This document shows positions 40,731 to 54,800 of a stretch of DNA of 64,000 nucleotides, piece by piece. This DNA is from Camelus dromedarius. Lineage: Eukaryota. The stretch spans positions 744,001 through 808,000 of the forward strand of contig NC_087436.1 of the NCBI RefSeq assembly GCF_036321535.1. Direction: 5' to 3'. Position 1 is the first letter of the stretch. Each line of letters opens with the position of its first letter. The position numbers were made by a program, and so were the translations under genes. The notes under the pieces were generated by a model that saw only the letters and a list, made by a program, of their open reading frames with translations, searched no databases and was not told the origin of the DNA.

Positions 40731-42454
40731 CTACCTCCCCATATATATGTATGGAATGGAGTTTGCAACTGAAAAGAAACTTTGTGTTCCCAACAAGCTA
40801 GGTGAAGGACGGCTTTCACACACACTTATCTCTCAGAACTGAGCAAGTGGAGAGACGTTCGTTCAACTAGCACCAAGGGAACGGGTTGCAGGAGACACTT
40901 TTTCTCTGTTTTCTCAGTCTGTTTCCTAGTGCCGGTTTGAAGTTCCTGCAGTTTTCACTGTGAAACCCATTTGGAGCTTGTACCTCCCCATATATATGTA
41001 TGGAATGGAGTTTGCAACTGAAAAGAAACTTTGTGTTCCCAACAAGCAAGGTGAAGTACGGCTTTCACACGCACATATCTCTCAGAACTGAGCAAGTGGA
41101 GAGATGTTCGTTCATCTAGCACAAAGGGAACGGGTTGCAGGAGACACTTTTTCTCTGCTTTCTCAGTCTGTTTCCTAGTGCCAGTTTGAAGTTCCTGCAG
41201 TTTTCATTATCAAACCGATTTGGAGCTAGTATCTCCCCATATATATGTATGGAATGGAGTTTACAACTGAAAAGAAACTTTGTGTTCCCAACAAGCTTGG
41301 TGAAGAGCGGCTTTCACACACACTTTTCTCTCAGAACTGAGCAAGTGGAGAGACGTTCGTTCATCCAGCACCAAGGGTACGGGTTGCAGGAGACACTTTT
41401 TCTCTGATTTCTCAGTCTGTTTCCTAGTGCCGGTTTGAAGTTCCTGCAGTTATCACTGTAAAACCGAGTTGGAGCTTCTACCTCCCCATATATATGTATG
41501 GAATGGAGTTTGCAACTGAAAAGAAACTTTGTGTTCCCAACAATCTAGGTGAAGGACGGCTTTCACACACACTTATCTCTCAGAACTGAGCAAGTGGAGA
41601 GACGTTCGTTCATCTAGCACCAAGGGAACGGGTTGCAGGAGACACTTTTTCTCTGCTTTCTCAGTCTGTTTCCTAGTGCCGGTTTGAAGTTCCTGCAGTT
41701 TTCATTGTCAAACCGATTTGGAGCTAGTATCTCCCCATATATATGTATGGAATGGAGTTTACAACTGAAAAGAAACTTTGTGTTCCCAACAAGCTTGGTG
41801 AAGAGCGGCTTTCACACACACTTATCTCTCAGAACTGAGCAAGTGGAGAGACGTTCGTTCATCCAGCACCAAGGGAACGGGTTGCAGGAGACACTTTTTC
41901 TCTGCTTTCTCAGTCTGTTTCCTAGTGCCGGTTTGAAGTTCCTGCAGTTATCACTGTAAAACCGAGTTGGAGCTTGTACCTCCCCATATATATGTATGGA
42001 ATGGAGTTTGCAACTGAAAAGAAACTTTGTGTTCCCAACAAGCTAGGTGAAGGACGGCTTTCACACACACTTATCTCTCAGAACTGAGCAAGTGGAGAGA
42101 CGTTCGTTCATCTAGCACCAAGGGAACGGGTTGCAGGAGACACTTTTTCTCTGTTTTCTCAGTCTGTTTCCTAGTGCCGGTTTGAAGTTCCTGCAGTTTT
42201 CACTGTGAACCCATTTGGAGCTTGTACCTCCCCATATATATGTATGGAATGGAGTTTGCAACTGAAAAGAAACTTTGTGTTCCCAACAAGCAAGGTGAAG
42301 GACGGCTTTCACACGCACATATCTCTCAGAACTGAGCAAGTGGAGAGATGTTCGTTCATCTAGCACAAAGGGAACGGGTTGCAGGAGACACTTTTTCTCT
42401 GCTTTCTCAGTCTGTTTCCTAGTGCCAGTTTGAAGTTCCTGCAGTTTTCATTAT

Positions 42455-45400
42455 CAAACCGATTTGGAGCTAGTATCTCCCCATATATATGTATGGAATG
42501 GAGTTTACAACTGAAAAGAAACTTTGTGTTCCCAACAAGCTTGGTGAAGAGCGGCTTTCACACACACTTATCTCTCAGAACTGAGCAAGTGGAGAGACGT
42601 TCGTTCATCCAGCACCAAGTGTACGGGTTGCAGGAGACACTTTTTCTCTGCTTTCTCAGTCTGTTTCCTAGTGCCGGTTTGAAGTTCCTGCAGTTATCAC
42701 TGTAAAACCGAGTTGGAGCTTGTACCTCCCCATATATATGTATGGAATGGAGTTTGCAACTGAAAAGAAACTTTGTGTTCCCAACAAGCTAGGTGAAGGA
42801 CGGCTTTCACACACACTTATCTCTCAGAACTGAGCAAGTGGAGAGACGTTCGTTCATGTAGCACAAAGGGAACGGGTTGCAGGAGACACTTTTTCTCTGC
42901 TTTCTCAGTCTGTTTCCTAGTGCCGGTTTGAAGTTCCTGCAGTTTTCACTCTCAAACCGAGTTGGAGCTAGTATCTCCCCATATATATGTATGGAATGGA
43001 GTTTACAACTGAAAAGAAACTTTGTGTTCCCAACAAGCTTGGTGAAGAGCGGCTTTCACACACACTTATCTCTCAGAACTGAGCAAGTGGAGAGACGTTC
43101 GTTCATCCAGCACCAAGGGTACGGGTTGCAGGAGACACTTTTTCTCTGCTTTCTCAGTCTGTTTCCTAGTGCCGGTTTGAAGTTCCTGCAGTTTTCACTG
43201 TAAAACCGAGTTGGAGCTTGTACCTCCCCATATATATGTATGGAATGGAGTTTGCAACTGAAAAGAAACTTTGTGTTCCCAACAAGCTAGGTGAAGGACG
43301 GCTTTCACACACACTTATCTCTCAGAACTGAGCAAGTGGAGAGACGTTCGTTTATGTAGCACAAAGGGAACGGGTTGCAGGAGACACTTTTTCTCTGTTT
43401 TCTCAGTCTGTTTCCTAGTGCCGGTTTGAAGTTCCTGCAGTTTTCACTGTGAAACAGAGTTGGAGCTTCTACCTCCCCATATATATGTATGGAATGGAGT
43501 TTGCAACTGAAAAGAAACTTTGTGTTCCCAACAAGCTAGGTGAAGGACGGCTTTCACACACACTTATCTCTCAGAACAGAGCAATTGGAGAGACGTTCGT
43601 TCATCTAGCACCAAGGGAACGCGTTGCAGGAGACACTTTTTCTCTGCTTTCTCAGTCTGTTTCCTAGTGCCGGTTTGAAGTTCCTGCAGTTTTCACTGTC
43701 AAACCGAGGTGGAGCTAGTACCTCCCCATATATATGTATGGAATGGAGTTTGCAACTGAAAAGAAACTTTGTGTTCCCAACAAGCAAGGTGAAGGACGGC
43801 TTTCACACGCACATATCTCTCAGAACTGAGCAAGTGGAGAGATGTTCGTTCATCTAGCACCAAGGGAACGGGTTGCAGGAGACACTTTTTCTCTGCTTTC
43901 TCAGTCTGTTTCCTAGTGCCGGTTTGAAGTTCCTGCAGTTTTCATTGTCAAACCGATTTGGAGCTAGTATCTCCCCATATATATGTATGGAATGGAGTTT
44001 ACAACTGAAAAGAAACTTTGTGTTCCCAACAAGCTTGGTGAAGAGCGGCTTTCACACACACTTATCTCTCAGAACTGAGCAAGTGGAGAGACGTTCGTTC
44101 ATCCAGCACCAAGTGTACGGGTTGCAGGAGACACTTTTTCTCTGCTTTCTCAGTCTGTTTCCTAGTGCCGGTTTGAAGTTCCTGCAGTTATCACTGTAAA
44201 ACCGAGTTGGAGCTTGTACCTCCCCATATATATGTATGGAATGGAGTTTGCAACTGAAAAGAAACTTTGTGTTCCCAACAAGCTAGGTGAAGGACGGCTT
44301 TCACACACACTTATCTCTCAGAACTGAGCAAGTGGAGAGACGTTCGTTCATGTAGCACAAAGGGAACGGGTTGCAGGAGACACTTTTTCTCTGCTTTCTC
44401 AGTCTGTTTCCTAGTGCCGGTTTGAAGTTCCTGCAGTTTTCACTCTCAAACCGAGTTGGAGCTAGTATCTCCCCATATATATGTATGGAATGGAGTTTAC
44501 AACTGAAAAGAAACTTTGTGTTCCCAACAAGCTTGGTGAAGAGCGGCTTTCACAGACACTTATCTCTCAGAACTGAGCAAGTGGAGAGACGTTCGTTCAT
44601 CCAGCACCAAGGGTACGGGTTGCAGGAGACACTTTTTCTCTGCTTTCTCAGTCTGTTTCCTAGTGCCGGTTTGAAGTTCCTGCAGTTTTCACTGTAAAAC
44701 CGAGTTGGAGCTTGTACCTCCCCATATATATGTATGGAATGGAGTTTGCAACTGAAAAGAAACTTTGTGTTCCCAACAAGCTAGGTGAAGGACGGCTTTC
44801 ACACACACTTATCTCTCAGAACTGAGCAAGTGGAGAGACGTTCGTTTATGTAGCACAAAGGGAACGGGTTGCAGGAGACACTTTTTCTCTGTTTTCTCAG
44901 TCTGTTTCCTAGTGCCGGTTTGAAGTTCCTGCAGTTTTCACTGTGAAACAGAGTTGGAGCTTCTACCTCCCCATATATATGTATGGAATGGAGTTTGCAA
45001 CTGAAAAGAAACTTTGTGTTCCCAACAAGCTAGGTGAAGGACGGCTTTCACACACACTTATCTCTCAGAACAGAGCAATTGGAGAGACGTTCGTTCATCT
45101 AGCACCAAGGGAACGCGTTGCAGGAGACACTTTTTCTCTGCTTTCTCAGTCTGTTTCCTAGTGCCGGTTTGAAGTTCCTGCAGTTTTCACTGTCAAACCG
45201 AGGTGGAGCTAGTACCTCCCCATATATATGTATGGAATGGAGTTTGCAACTGAAAAGAAACTTTGTGTTCCCAACAAGCAAGGTGAAGGACGGCTTTCAC
45301 ACGCACATATCTCTCAGAACTGAGCAAGTGGAGAGATGTTCGTTCATCTAGCACCAAGGGAACGGGTTGCAGGAGACACTTTTTCTCTGCTTTCTCAGTC

Positions 45401-45607
45401 TGTTTCCTAGTGCCGGTTTGAAGTTCCTGCAGTTTTCATTGTCAAACCGATTTGGAGCTAGTATCTCCCCATATATATGTATGGAATGGAGTTTACAACT
45501 GAAAAGAAACTTTGTGTTCCCAACAAGCTTGGTGAAGAGCGGCTTTCACACACACTTATCTCTCAGAACTGAGCAAGTGGAGAGACGTTCGTTCATCCAG
45601 CACCAAG
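42455..45607 (+). repeat. 6-monomer (1494-bp) tandem duplication
   Basis: ORFs 42877/44371, 43449/44943, 43605/45099 and 43624/45118 differ by 1494 (6x249). CAAGTGTACGG is at about 42616 and 44110. Confidence 0.88.
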
Positions 45608-48600
45608 GGAAAGGGTTGCAGGAGACACTTTTTCTCTGCTTTCTCAGTCTGTTTCCTAGTGCCGGTTTGAAGTTCCTGCAGTTATCACTGTAAAACCGAG
45701 TTGGAGCTTCTACCTCCCCATATATATGTATGGAATGGAGTTTGCAACTGAAAAGAAACTTTGTGTTCCCAACAATCTAGGTGAAGGACGGCTTTCACAC
45801 ACACTTATCTCTCAGAACTGAGCAAGTGGAGAGACGTTCGTTCAACTAGCACCAAGGGAACGGGTTGCAGGAGACACTTTTTCTCTGTTTTCTCAGTCTG
45901 TTTCCTAGTGCCGGTTTGAAGTTCCTGCAGTTTTCACTGTGAAACCCATTTGGAGCTTGTACCTCCCCATATATATGTATGGAATGGAGTTTGCAACTGA
46001 AAAGAAACTTTGTGTTCCCAACAAGCAAGGTGAAGTACGGCTTTCACACGCACATATCTCTCAGAACTGAGCAAGTGGAGAGATGTTCGTTCATCTAGCA
46101 CAAAGGGAACGGGTTGCAGGAGACACTTTTTCTCTGCTTTCTCAGTCTGTTTCCTAGTGCCAGTTTGAAGTTCCTGCAGTTTTCATTATCAAACCGATTT
46201 GGAGCTAGTATCTCCCCATATATATGTATGGAATGGAGTTTACAACTGAAAAGAAACTTTGTGTTCCCAACAAGCTTGGTGAAGAGCGGCTTTCACACAC
46301 ACTTTTCTCTCAGAACTGAGCAAGTGGAGAGACGTTCGTTCATCCAGCACCAAGGGTACGGGTTGCAGGAGACACTTTTTCTCTGATTTCTCAGTCTGTT
46401 TCCTAGTGCCGGTTTGAAGTTCCTGCAGTTATCACTGTAAAACCGAGTTGGAGCTTCTACCTCCCCATATATATGTATGGAATGGAGTTTGCAACTGAAA
46501 AGAAACTTTGTGTTCCCAACAATCTAGGTGAAGGACGGCTTTCACACACACTTATCTCTCAGAACTGAGCAAGTGGAGAGACGTTCGTTCATCTAGCACC
46601 AAGGGAACGGGTTGCAGGAGACACTTTTTCTCTGCTTTCTCAGTCTGTTTCCTAGTGCCGGTTTGAAGTTCCTGCAGTTTTCATTGTCAAACCGATTTGG
46701 AGCTAGTATCTCCCCATATATATGTATGGAATGGAGTTTACAACTGAAAAGAAACTTTGTGTTCCCAACAAGCTTGGTGAAGAGCGGCTTTCACACACAC
46801 TTATCTCTCAGAACTGAGCAAGTGGAGAGACGTTCGTTCATCCAGCACCAAGGGAACGGGTTGCAGGAGACACTTTTTCTCTGTTTTCTCAGTCTGTTTC
46901 CTAGTGCCGGTTTGAAGTTCCTGCAGTTTTCACTGTGAAACAGAGTTGGAGCTTCTACCTCCCCATATATATGTATGGAATGGAGTTTGCAACTGAAAAG
47001 AAACTTTGTGTTCCCAACAAGCTAGGTGAAGGACGGCTTTCACACACACTTATCTCTCAGAACAGAGCAATTGGAGAGACGTTCGTTCATCTAGCACCAA
47101 GGGAACGCGTTGCAGGAGACACTTTTTCTCTGCTTTCTCAGTCTGTTTCCTAGTGCCGGTTTGAAGTTCCTGCAGTTTTCACTGTCAAACCGAGGTGGAG
47201 CTAGTACCTCCCCATATATATGTATGGAATGGAGTTTGCAACTGAAAAGAAACTTTGTGTTCCCAACAAGCAAGGTGAAGGACGGCTTTCACACGCACAT
47301 ATCTCTCAGAACTGAGCAAGTGGAGAGATGTTCGTTCATCTAGCACCAAGGGAACGGGTTGCAGGAGACACTTTTTCTCTGCTTTCTCAGTCTGTTTCCT
47401 AGTGCCGGTTTGAAGTTCCTGCAGTTTTCATTGTCAAACCGATTTGGAGCTAGTATCTCCCCATATATATGTATGGAATGGAGTTTACAACTGAAAAGAA
47501 ACTTTGTGTTCCCAACAAGCTTGGTGAAGAGCGGCTTTCACACACACTTATCTCTCAGAACTGAGCAAGTGGAGAGACGTTCGTTCATCCAGCACCAAGG
47601 GAAAGGGTTGCAGGAGACACTTTTTCTCTGCTTTCTCAGTCTGTTTCCTAGTGCCGGTTTGAAGTTCCTGCAGTTATCACTGTAAAACCGAGTTGGAGCT
47701 TCTACCTCCCCATATATATGTATGGAATGGAGTTTGCAACTGAAAAGAAACTTTGTGTTCCCAACAATCTAGGTGAAGGACGGCTTTCACACACACTTAT
47801 CTCTCAGAACTGAGCAAGTGGAGAGACGTTCGTTCAACTAGCACCAAGGGAACGGGTTGCAGGAGACACTTTTTCTCTGTTTTCTCAGTCTGTTTCCTAG
47901 TGCCGGTTTGAAGTTCCTGCAGTTTTCACTGTGAAACCCATTTGGAGCTTGTACCTCCCCATATATATGTATGGAATGGAGTTTGCAACTGAAAAGAAAC
48001 TTTGTGTTCCCAACAAGCAAGGTGAAGTACGGCTTTCACACGCACATATCTCTCAGAACTGAGCAAGTGGAGAGATGTTCGTTCATCTAGCACAAAGGGA
48101 ACGGGTTGCAGGAGACACTTTTTCTCTGCTTTCTCAGTCTGTTTCCTAGTGCCAGTTTGAAGTTCCTGCAGTTTTCATTATCAAACCGATTTGGAGCTAG
48201 TATCTCCCCATATATATGTATGGAATGGAGTTTACAACTGAAAAGAAACTTTGTGTTCCCAACAAGCTTGGTGAAGAGCGGCTTTCACACACACTTTTCT
48301 CTCAGAACTGAGCAAGTGGAGAGACGTTCGTTCATCCAGCACCAAGGGTACGGGTTGCAGGAGACACTTTTTCTCTGATTTCTCAGTCTGTTTCCTAGTG
48401 CCGGTTTGAAGTTCCTGCAGTTATCACTGTAAAACCGAGTTGGAGCTTCTACCTCCCCATATATATGTATGGAATGGAGTTTGCAACTGAAAAGAAACTT
48501 TGTGTTCCCAACAATCTAGGTGAAGGACGGCTTTCACACACACTTATCTCTCAGAACTGAGCAAGTGGAGAGACGTTCGTTCATCTAGCACCAAGGGAAC

Positions 48601-48875
48601 GGGTTGCAGGAGACACTTTTTCTCTGCTTTCTCAGTCTGTTTCCTAGTGCCGGTTTGAAGTTCCTGCAGTTTTCATTGTCAAACCGATTTGGAGCTAGTA
48701 TCTCCCCATATATATGTATGGAATGGAGTTTACAACTGAAAAGAAACTTTGTGTTCCCAACAAGCTTGGTGAAGAGCGGCTTTCACACACACTTATCTCT
48801 CAGAACTGAGCAAGTGGAGAGACGTTCGTTCATCCAGCACCAAGGGAACGGGTTGCAGGAGACACTTTTTCTCTG
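44860..48875 (+). repeat. 8-monomer (1992-bp) tandem duplication
   Basis: ORFs 44943/46935, 45367/47359, 45846/47838, 46114/48106 and 46612/48604 differ by 1992 (8x249). Shared variants: TTCAACTAG, CACTTTTCTCTCAG, GAAGTACGG. Confidence 0.92.
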
Positions 48876-51800
48876 CTTTCTCAGTCTGTTTCCTAGTGCC
48901 GGTTTGAAGTTCCTGCAGTTTTCACTGTAAAACCGAGTTGGAGCTTGTACCTCCCCATATATATGTATGGAATGGAGTTTGCAACTGAAAAGAAACTTTG
49001 TGTTCCCAACAAGCTAGGTGAAGGACGGCTTTCACACACACTTATCTCTCAGAACTGAGCAAGTGGAGAGACGTTCGTTCATCTAGCACCAAGGGAACGG
49101 GTTGCAGGAGAAACTTTTTCTCTGTTTTCTCAGTCTGTTTCCTAGTGCCGGTTTGAAGTTCCTGCAGTTTTCACTGTGAACCCATTTGGAGCTTGTACCT
49201 CCCCATATATATGTATGGAATGGAGTTTGCAACTGAAAAGAAACTATGTGTTCCCAACAAGCAAGGTGAAGGACGGCTTTCACACGCACATATCTCTCAG
49301 AACTGAGCAAGTGGAGAGATGTTCGTTCATCTAGCACAAAGGGAACGGGTTGCAGGAGACACTTTTTCTCTGCTTTCTCAGTCTGTTTCCTAGTGCCAGT
49401 TTGAAGTTCCTGCAGTTTTCATTATCAAACCGATTTGGAGCTAGTATCTCCCCATATATATGTATGGAATGGAGTTTACAACTGAAAAGAAACTTTGTGT
49501 TCCCAACAAGCTTGGTGAAGAGCGGCTTTCACACACACTTATCTCTCAGAACTGAGCAAGTGGAGAGACGTTCGTTCATCCAGCACCAAGTGTACGGGTT
49601 GCAGGAGACACTTTTTCTCTGCTTTCTCAGTCTGTTTCCTAGTGCCGGTTTGAAGTTCCTGCAGTTATCACTGTAAAACCGAGTTGGAGCTTGTACCTCC
49701 CCATATATATGTATGGAATGGAGTTTGCAACTGAAAAGAAACTTTGTGTTCCCAACAAGCTAGGTGAAGGACGGCTTTCACACACACTTATCTCTCAGAA
49801 CTGAGCAAGTGGAGAGACGTTCGTTCATGTAGCACAAAGGGAACGGGTTGCAGGAGACACTTTTTCTCTGCTTTCTCAGTCTGTTTCCTAGTGCCGGTTT
49901 CAAGTTCCTGCAGTTTTCACTCTCAAACCGAGTTGGAGCTAGTATCTCCCCATATATATGTATGGAATGGAGTTTACAACTGAAAAGAAACTTTGTGTTC
50001 CCAACAAGCTTGGTGAAGAGCGGCTTTCACACACACTTATCTCTCAGAACTGAGCAAGTGGAGAGACGTTCGTTCATCCAGCACCAAGGGTACGGGTTGC
50101 AGGGGACACTTTTTCTCTGCTTTCTCAGTCTGTTTCCTAGTGCCGGTTTGAAGTTCCTGCAGTTTTCACTGTAAAACCGAGTTGGAGCTTGTACCTCCCC
50201 ATATATATGTATGGAATGGAGTTTGCAACTGAAAAGAAACTTTGTGTTCCCAACAAGCTAGGTGAAGGACGGCTTTCACACACACTTATCTCTCAGAACT
50301 GAGCAAGTGGAGAGACGTTCGTTTATGTAGCACAAAGGGAACGGGTTGCAGGAGACACTTTTTCTCTGTTTTCTCAGTCTGTTTCCTAGTGCCGGTTTGA
50401 AGTTCCTGCAGTTTTCACTGTGAAACCGAGTTGGAGCTTCTACCTCCCCATATATATGTATGGAATGGAGTTTGCAACTGAAAAGAAACTTTGTGTTCCC
50501 AACAAGCTAGGTGAAGGACGGCTTTCACACACACTTATCTCTCAGAACAGAGCAATTGGAGAGACGTTCGTTCATCTAGCACCAAGGGAACGCGTTGCAG
50601 GAGACACTTTTTCTCTGCTTTCTCAGTCTGTTTCCTAGTGCCGGTTTGAAGTTCCTGCAGTTTTCACTGTCAAACCGAGGTGGAGCTAGTACCTCCCCAT
50701 ATATATGTATGGAATGGAGTTTGCAACTGAAAAGAAACTTTGTGTTCCCAACAAGCAAGGTGAAGGACGGCTTTCACACGCACATATCTCTCAGAACTGA
50801 GCAAGTGGAGAGATGTTCGTTCATCTAGCACCAAGGGAACGGGTTGCAGGAGACACTTTTTCTCTGCTTTCTCAGTCTGTTTCCTAGTGCCGGTTGGAAG
50901 TTCCTGCAGTTTTCATTGTCAAACCGATTTGGAGCTAGTATCTCCCCATATATATGTATGGAATGGTGTTTACAACTGAAAAGAAACTTTGTGTTCCCAA
51001 CAAGCTTGGTGAAGAGCGGCTTTCACACACACTTATCTCTCAGAACTGAGCAAGTGGAGAGACGTTCGTTCATCCAGCACCAAGGGAAAGGGTTGCAGGA
51101 GACACTTTTTCTCTGCTTTCTCAGTCTGTTTCCTAGTGCCGGTTTGAAGTTCCTGCAGTTATCACTGTAAAACCGAGTTGGAGCTTCTACCTCCCCATAT
51201 ATATGTATGGAATGGAGTTTGCAACTGAAAAGAAACTTTGTGTTCCCAACAAGCTAGGTGAAGGACGGCTTTCACACACACTTATCTCTCAGAACTGAGC
51301 AAGTGGAGAGACGTTCGTTCATCTAGCACCAAGGGAACGGGTTGCAGGAGACACTTTTTCTCTGTTTTCTCAGTCTGTTTCCTAGTGCCGGTTTGAAGTT
51401 CCTGCAGTTTTCACTGTGAAACCCATTTGGAGCTTGTACCTCCCCATATATATGTATGGAATGGAGTTTGCAACTGAAAAGAAACTTTGTGTTCCCAACA
51501 AGCAAGGTGAAGTACGGCTTTCACACGCACATATCTCTCAGAACTGAGCAAGTGGAGAGATGTTCGTTCATCTAGCACCAAGGGAACGGGTTGCAGGAGA
51601 CACTTTTTCTCTGCTTTCTCAGTCTGTTTCCTAGTGCCGGTTTGAAGTTCCTGCAGTTTTCACTGTCAATCCGAGTTGGAGCTAGTACCTCCCCGTATAT
51701 ATCTATGGAATGGAGTTTGCAACTGAAAAGAAACTTTGTGTTCCCAACAAGCTAGGTGAAGGACGGCTTTCACACACATTTATCTCTCAGAACTGAGCAA

Positions 51801-54800
51801 GTGGAGAGACGTTCGTTCATCCAGCACCAAGGGAACGGGTTGCAGGAGACACTTTTTCTCTGCTTTCTCAGTCTGTTTCCTAGTGCCGGTTTGAAGTTCC
51901 TGCAGTTATCACTGTAAAACCGAGTTGGAGCTTGTACCTCCCCATATATATGTATGGAATGGAGTTTGCAACTGAAAAGAAACTTTGTGTTCCCAACAAG
52001 CTAGGTGAAGGACGGCTTTCACACACACTTATCTCTCAGAACTGAGCAAGTGGAGAGACGTTCGTTCATGTAGCACAAAGGGAACGGGTTGCAGGAGACA
52101 CTTTTTCTCTGCTTTCTCAGTCTGTTTCCTAGTGCCGGTTTGAAGTTCCTGCAGTTTTCACTCTCAAACCGAGTTGGAGCTAGTATCTCCCCATATATAT
52201 GTATGGAATGGAGTTTACAACTGAAAAGAAACTTTGTGTTCCCAACAAGCTTGGTGAAGAGCGGCTTTCACACACACTTATCTCTCAGAACTGAGCAAGT
52301 GGAGAGACGTTCGTTCATCCAGCACCAAGGGTACGGGTTGCAGGAGACACTTTTTCTCTGCTTTCTCAGTCTGTTTCCTAGTGCCGGTTTGAAGTTCCTG
52401 CAGTTTTCACTGTAAAACCGAGTTGGAGCTTGTACCTCCCCATATATATGTATGGAATGGAGTTTGCAACTGAAAAGAAACTTTGTGTTCCCAACAAGCT
52501 AGGTGAAGGACGGCTTTCACACACACTTATCTCTCAGAACTGAGCAAGTGGAGAGACGTTCGTTTATGTAGCACAAAGGGAACGGGTTGCAGGAGACACT
52601 TTTTCTCTGTTTTCTCAGTCTGTTTCCTAGTGCCGGTTTGAAGTTCCTGCAGTTTTCACTGTGAAACAGAGTTGGAGCTTCTACCTCCCCATATATATGT
52701 ATGGAATGGAGTTTGCAACTGAAAAGAAACTTTGTGTTCCCAACAAGCTAGGTGAAGGACGGCTTTCACACACACTTATCTCTCAGAACAGAGCAATTGG
52801 AGAGACGTTCGTTCATCTAGCACCAAGGGAACGCGTTGCAGGAGACACTTTTTCTCTGCTTTCTCAGTCTGTTTCCTAGTGCCGGTTTGAAGTTCCTGCA
52901 GTTTTCACTGTCAAACCGAGGTGGAGCTAGTACCTCCCCATATATATGTATGGAATGGAGTTTGCAACTGAAAAGAAACTTTGTGTTCCCAACAAGCAAG
53001 GTGAAGGACGGCTTTCACACGCACATATCTCTCAGAACTGAGCAAGTGGAGAGATGTTCGTTCATCTAGCACCAAGGGAACGGGTTGCAGGAGACACTTT
53101 TTCTCTGCTTTCTCAGTCTGTTTCCTAGTGCCGGTTTGAAGTTCCTGCAGTTTTCATTGTCAAACCGATTTGGAGCTAGTATCTCCCCATATATATGTAT
53201 GGAATGGAGTTTACAACTGAAAAGAAACTTTGTGTTCCCAACAAGCTTGGTGAAGAGCGGCTTTCACACACACTTATCTCTCAGAACTGAGCAAGTGGAG
53301 AGACGTTCGTTCATCCAGCACCAAGGGAAAGGGTTGCAGGAGACACTTTTTCTCTGCTTTCTCAGTCTGTTTCCTAGTGCCGGTTTGAAGTTCCTGCAGT
53401 TATCACTGTAAAACCGAGTTGGAGCTTCTACCTCCCCATATATATTTATGGAATGGAGTTTGCAACTGAAAAGAAACCTTGTGTTCCCAACAAGCTAGGT
53501 GAAGGACGGCTTTCACACACACTTATCTCTCAGAACTGAGCAAGTGGAGAGACGTTCGTTCATCTAGCACCAAGGGAACGGGTTGCAGGAGACACTTTTT
53601 CTCTGTTTTCTCAGTCTGTTTCCTAGTGCCGGTTTGAAGTTCCTGCAGTTTTCACTGTGAAACCCATTTGGAGCTTGTACCTCCCCATATATATGTATGG
53701 AATGGAGTTTGCAACTGAAAAGAAACTTTGTGTTCCCAACAAGCAAGGTGAAGTACGGCTTTCACACGCACATATCTCTCAGAACTGAGCAAGTGGAGAG
53801 ATGTTCGTTCATCTAGCACAAAGGGAACGGGTTGCAGGAGACACTTTTTCTCTGCTTTCTCAGTCTGTTTCCTAGTGCCAGTTTGAAGTTCCTGCAGTTT
53901 TCATTATCAAACCGATTTGGAGCTAGTATCTCCCCATATATATGTATGGAATGGAGTTTACAACTGAAAAGAAACTTTGTGTTCCCAACAAGCTTGGTGA
54001 AGAGCGGCTTTCACACACACTTATCTCTCAGAACTGAGCAAGTGGAGAGACGTTCGTTCATCCAGCACCAAGGGTACGGGTTGCAGGAGACACTTTTTCT
54101 CTGATTTCTCAGTCTGTTTCCTAGTGCCGGTTTGAAGTTCCTGCAGTTATCACTGTAAAACCGAGTTGGAGCTTCTACCTCCCCATATATATGTATGGAA
54201 TGGAGTTTGCAACTGAAAAGAAACTTTGTGTTCCCAACAATCTAGGTGAAGGACGGCTTTCACACACACTTATCTCTCAGAACTGAGCAAGTGGAGAGAC
54301 GTTCGTTCATCTAGCACCAAGGGAACGGGTTGCAGGAGACACTTTTTCTCTGTTTTCTCAGTCTGTTTCCTAGTGCCGGTTTGAAGTTCCTGCAGTTTTC
54401 ACTGTGAAACCCAGTTGGAGCTTCTACCTCCCCATATATATGTATGGAATGGAGTTTGCAACTGAAAAGAAACTTTGTGTTCCCAACAAGCAAGGTGAAG
54501 GACGGCTTTCATACACACATATCTCTCAGAACTGAGCAAGTGGAGAGATGTTCGTTCATCTAGCACCAAGGGAACGGGTTGCAGGAGACACTTTTTCTCT
54601 GCTTTCTCAGTCTGTTTCCTAGTGCCGGTTTGAAGTTCCTGCAGTTTTCACTGTCAATCCGAGTTGGAGCTAGTACCTCCCCGTATATATCTATGGAATG
54701 GAGTTTGCAACTGAAAAGAAACTTTGTGTTCCCAACAAGCTAGGTGAAGGACGGCTTTCACACACATTTATCTCTCAGAACTGAGCAAGTGGAGAGACGT

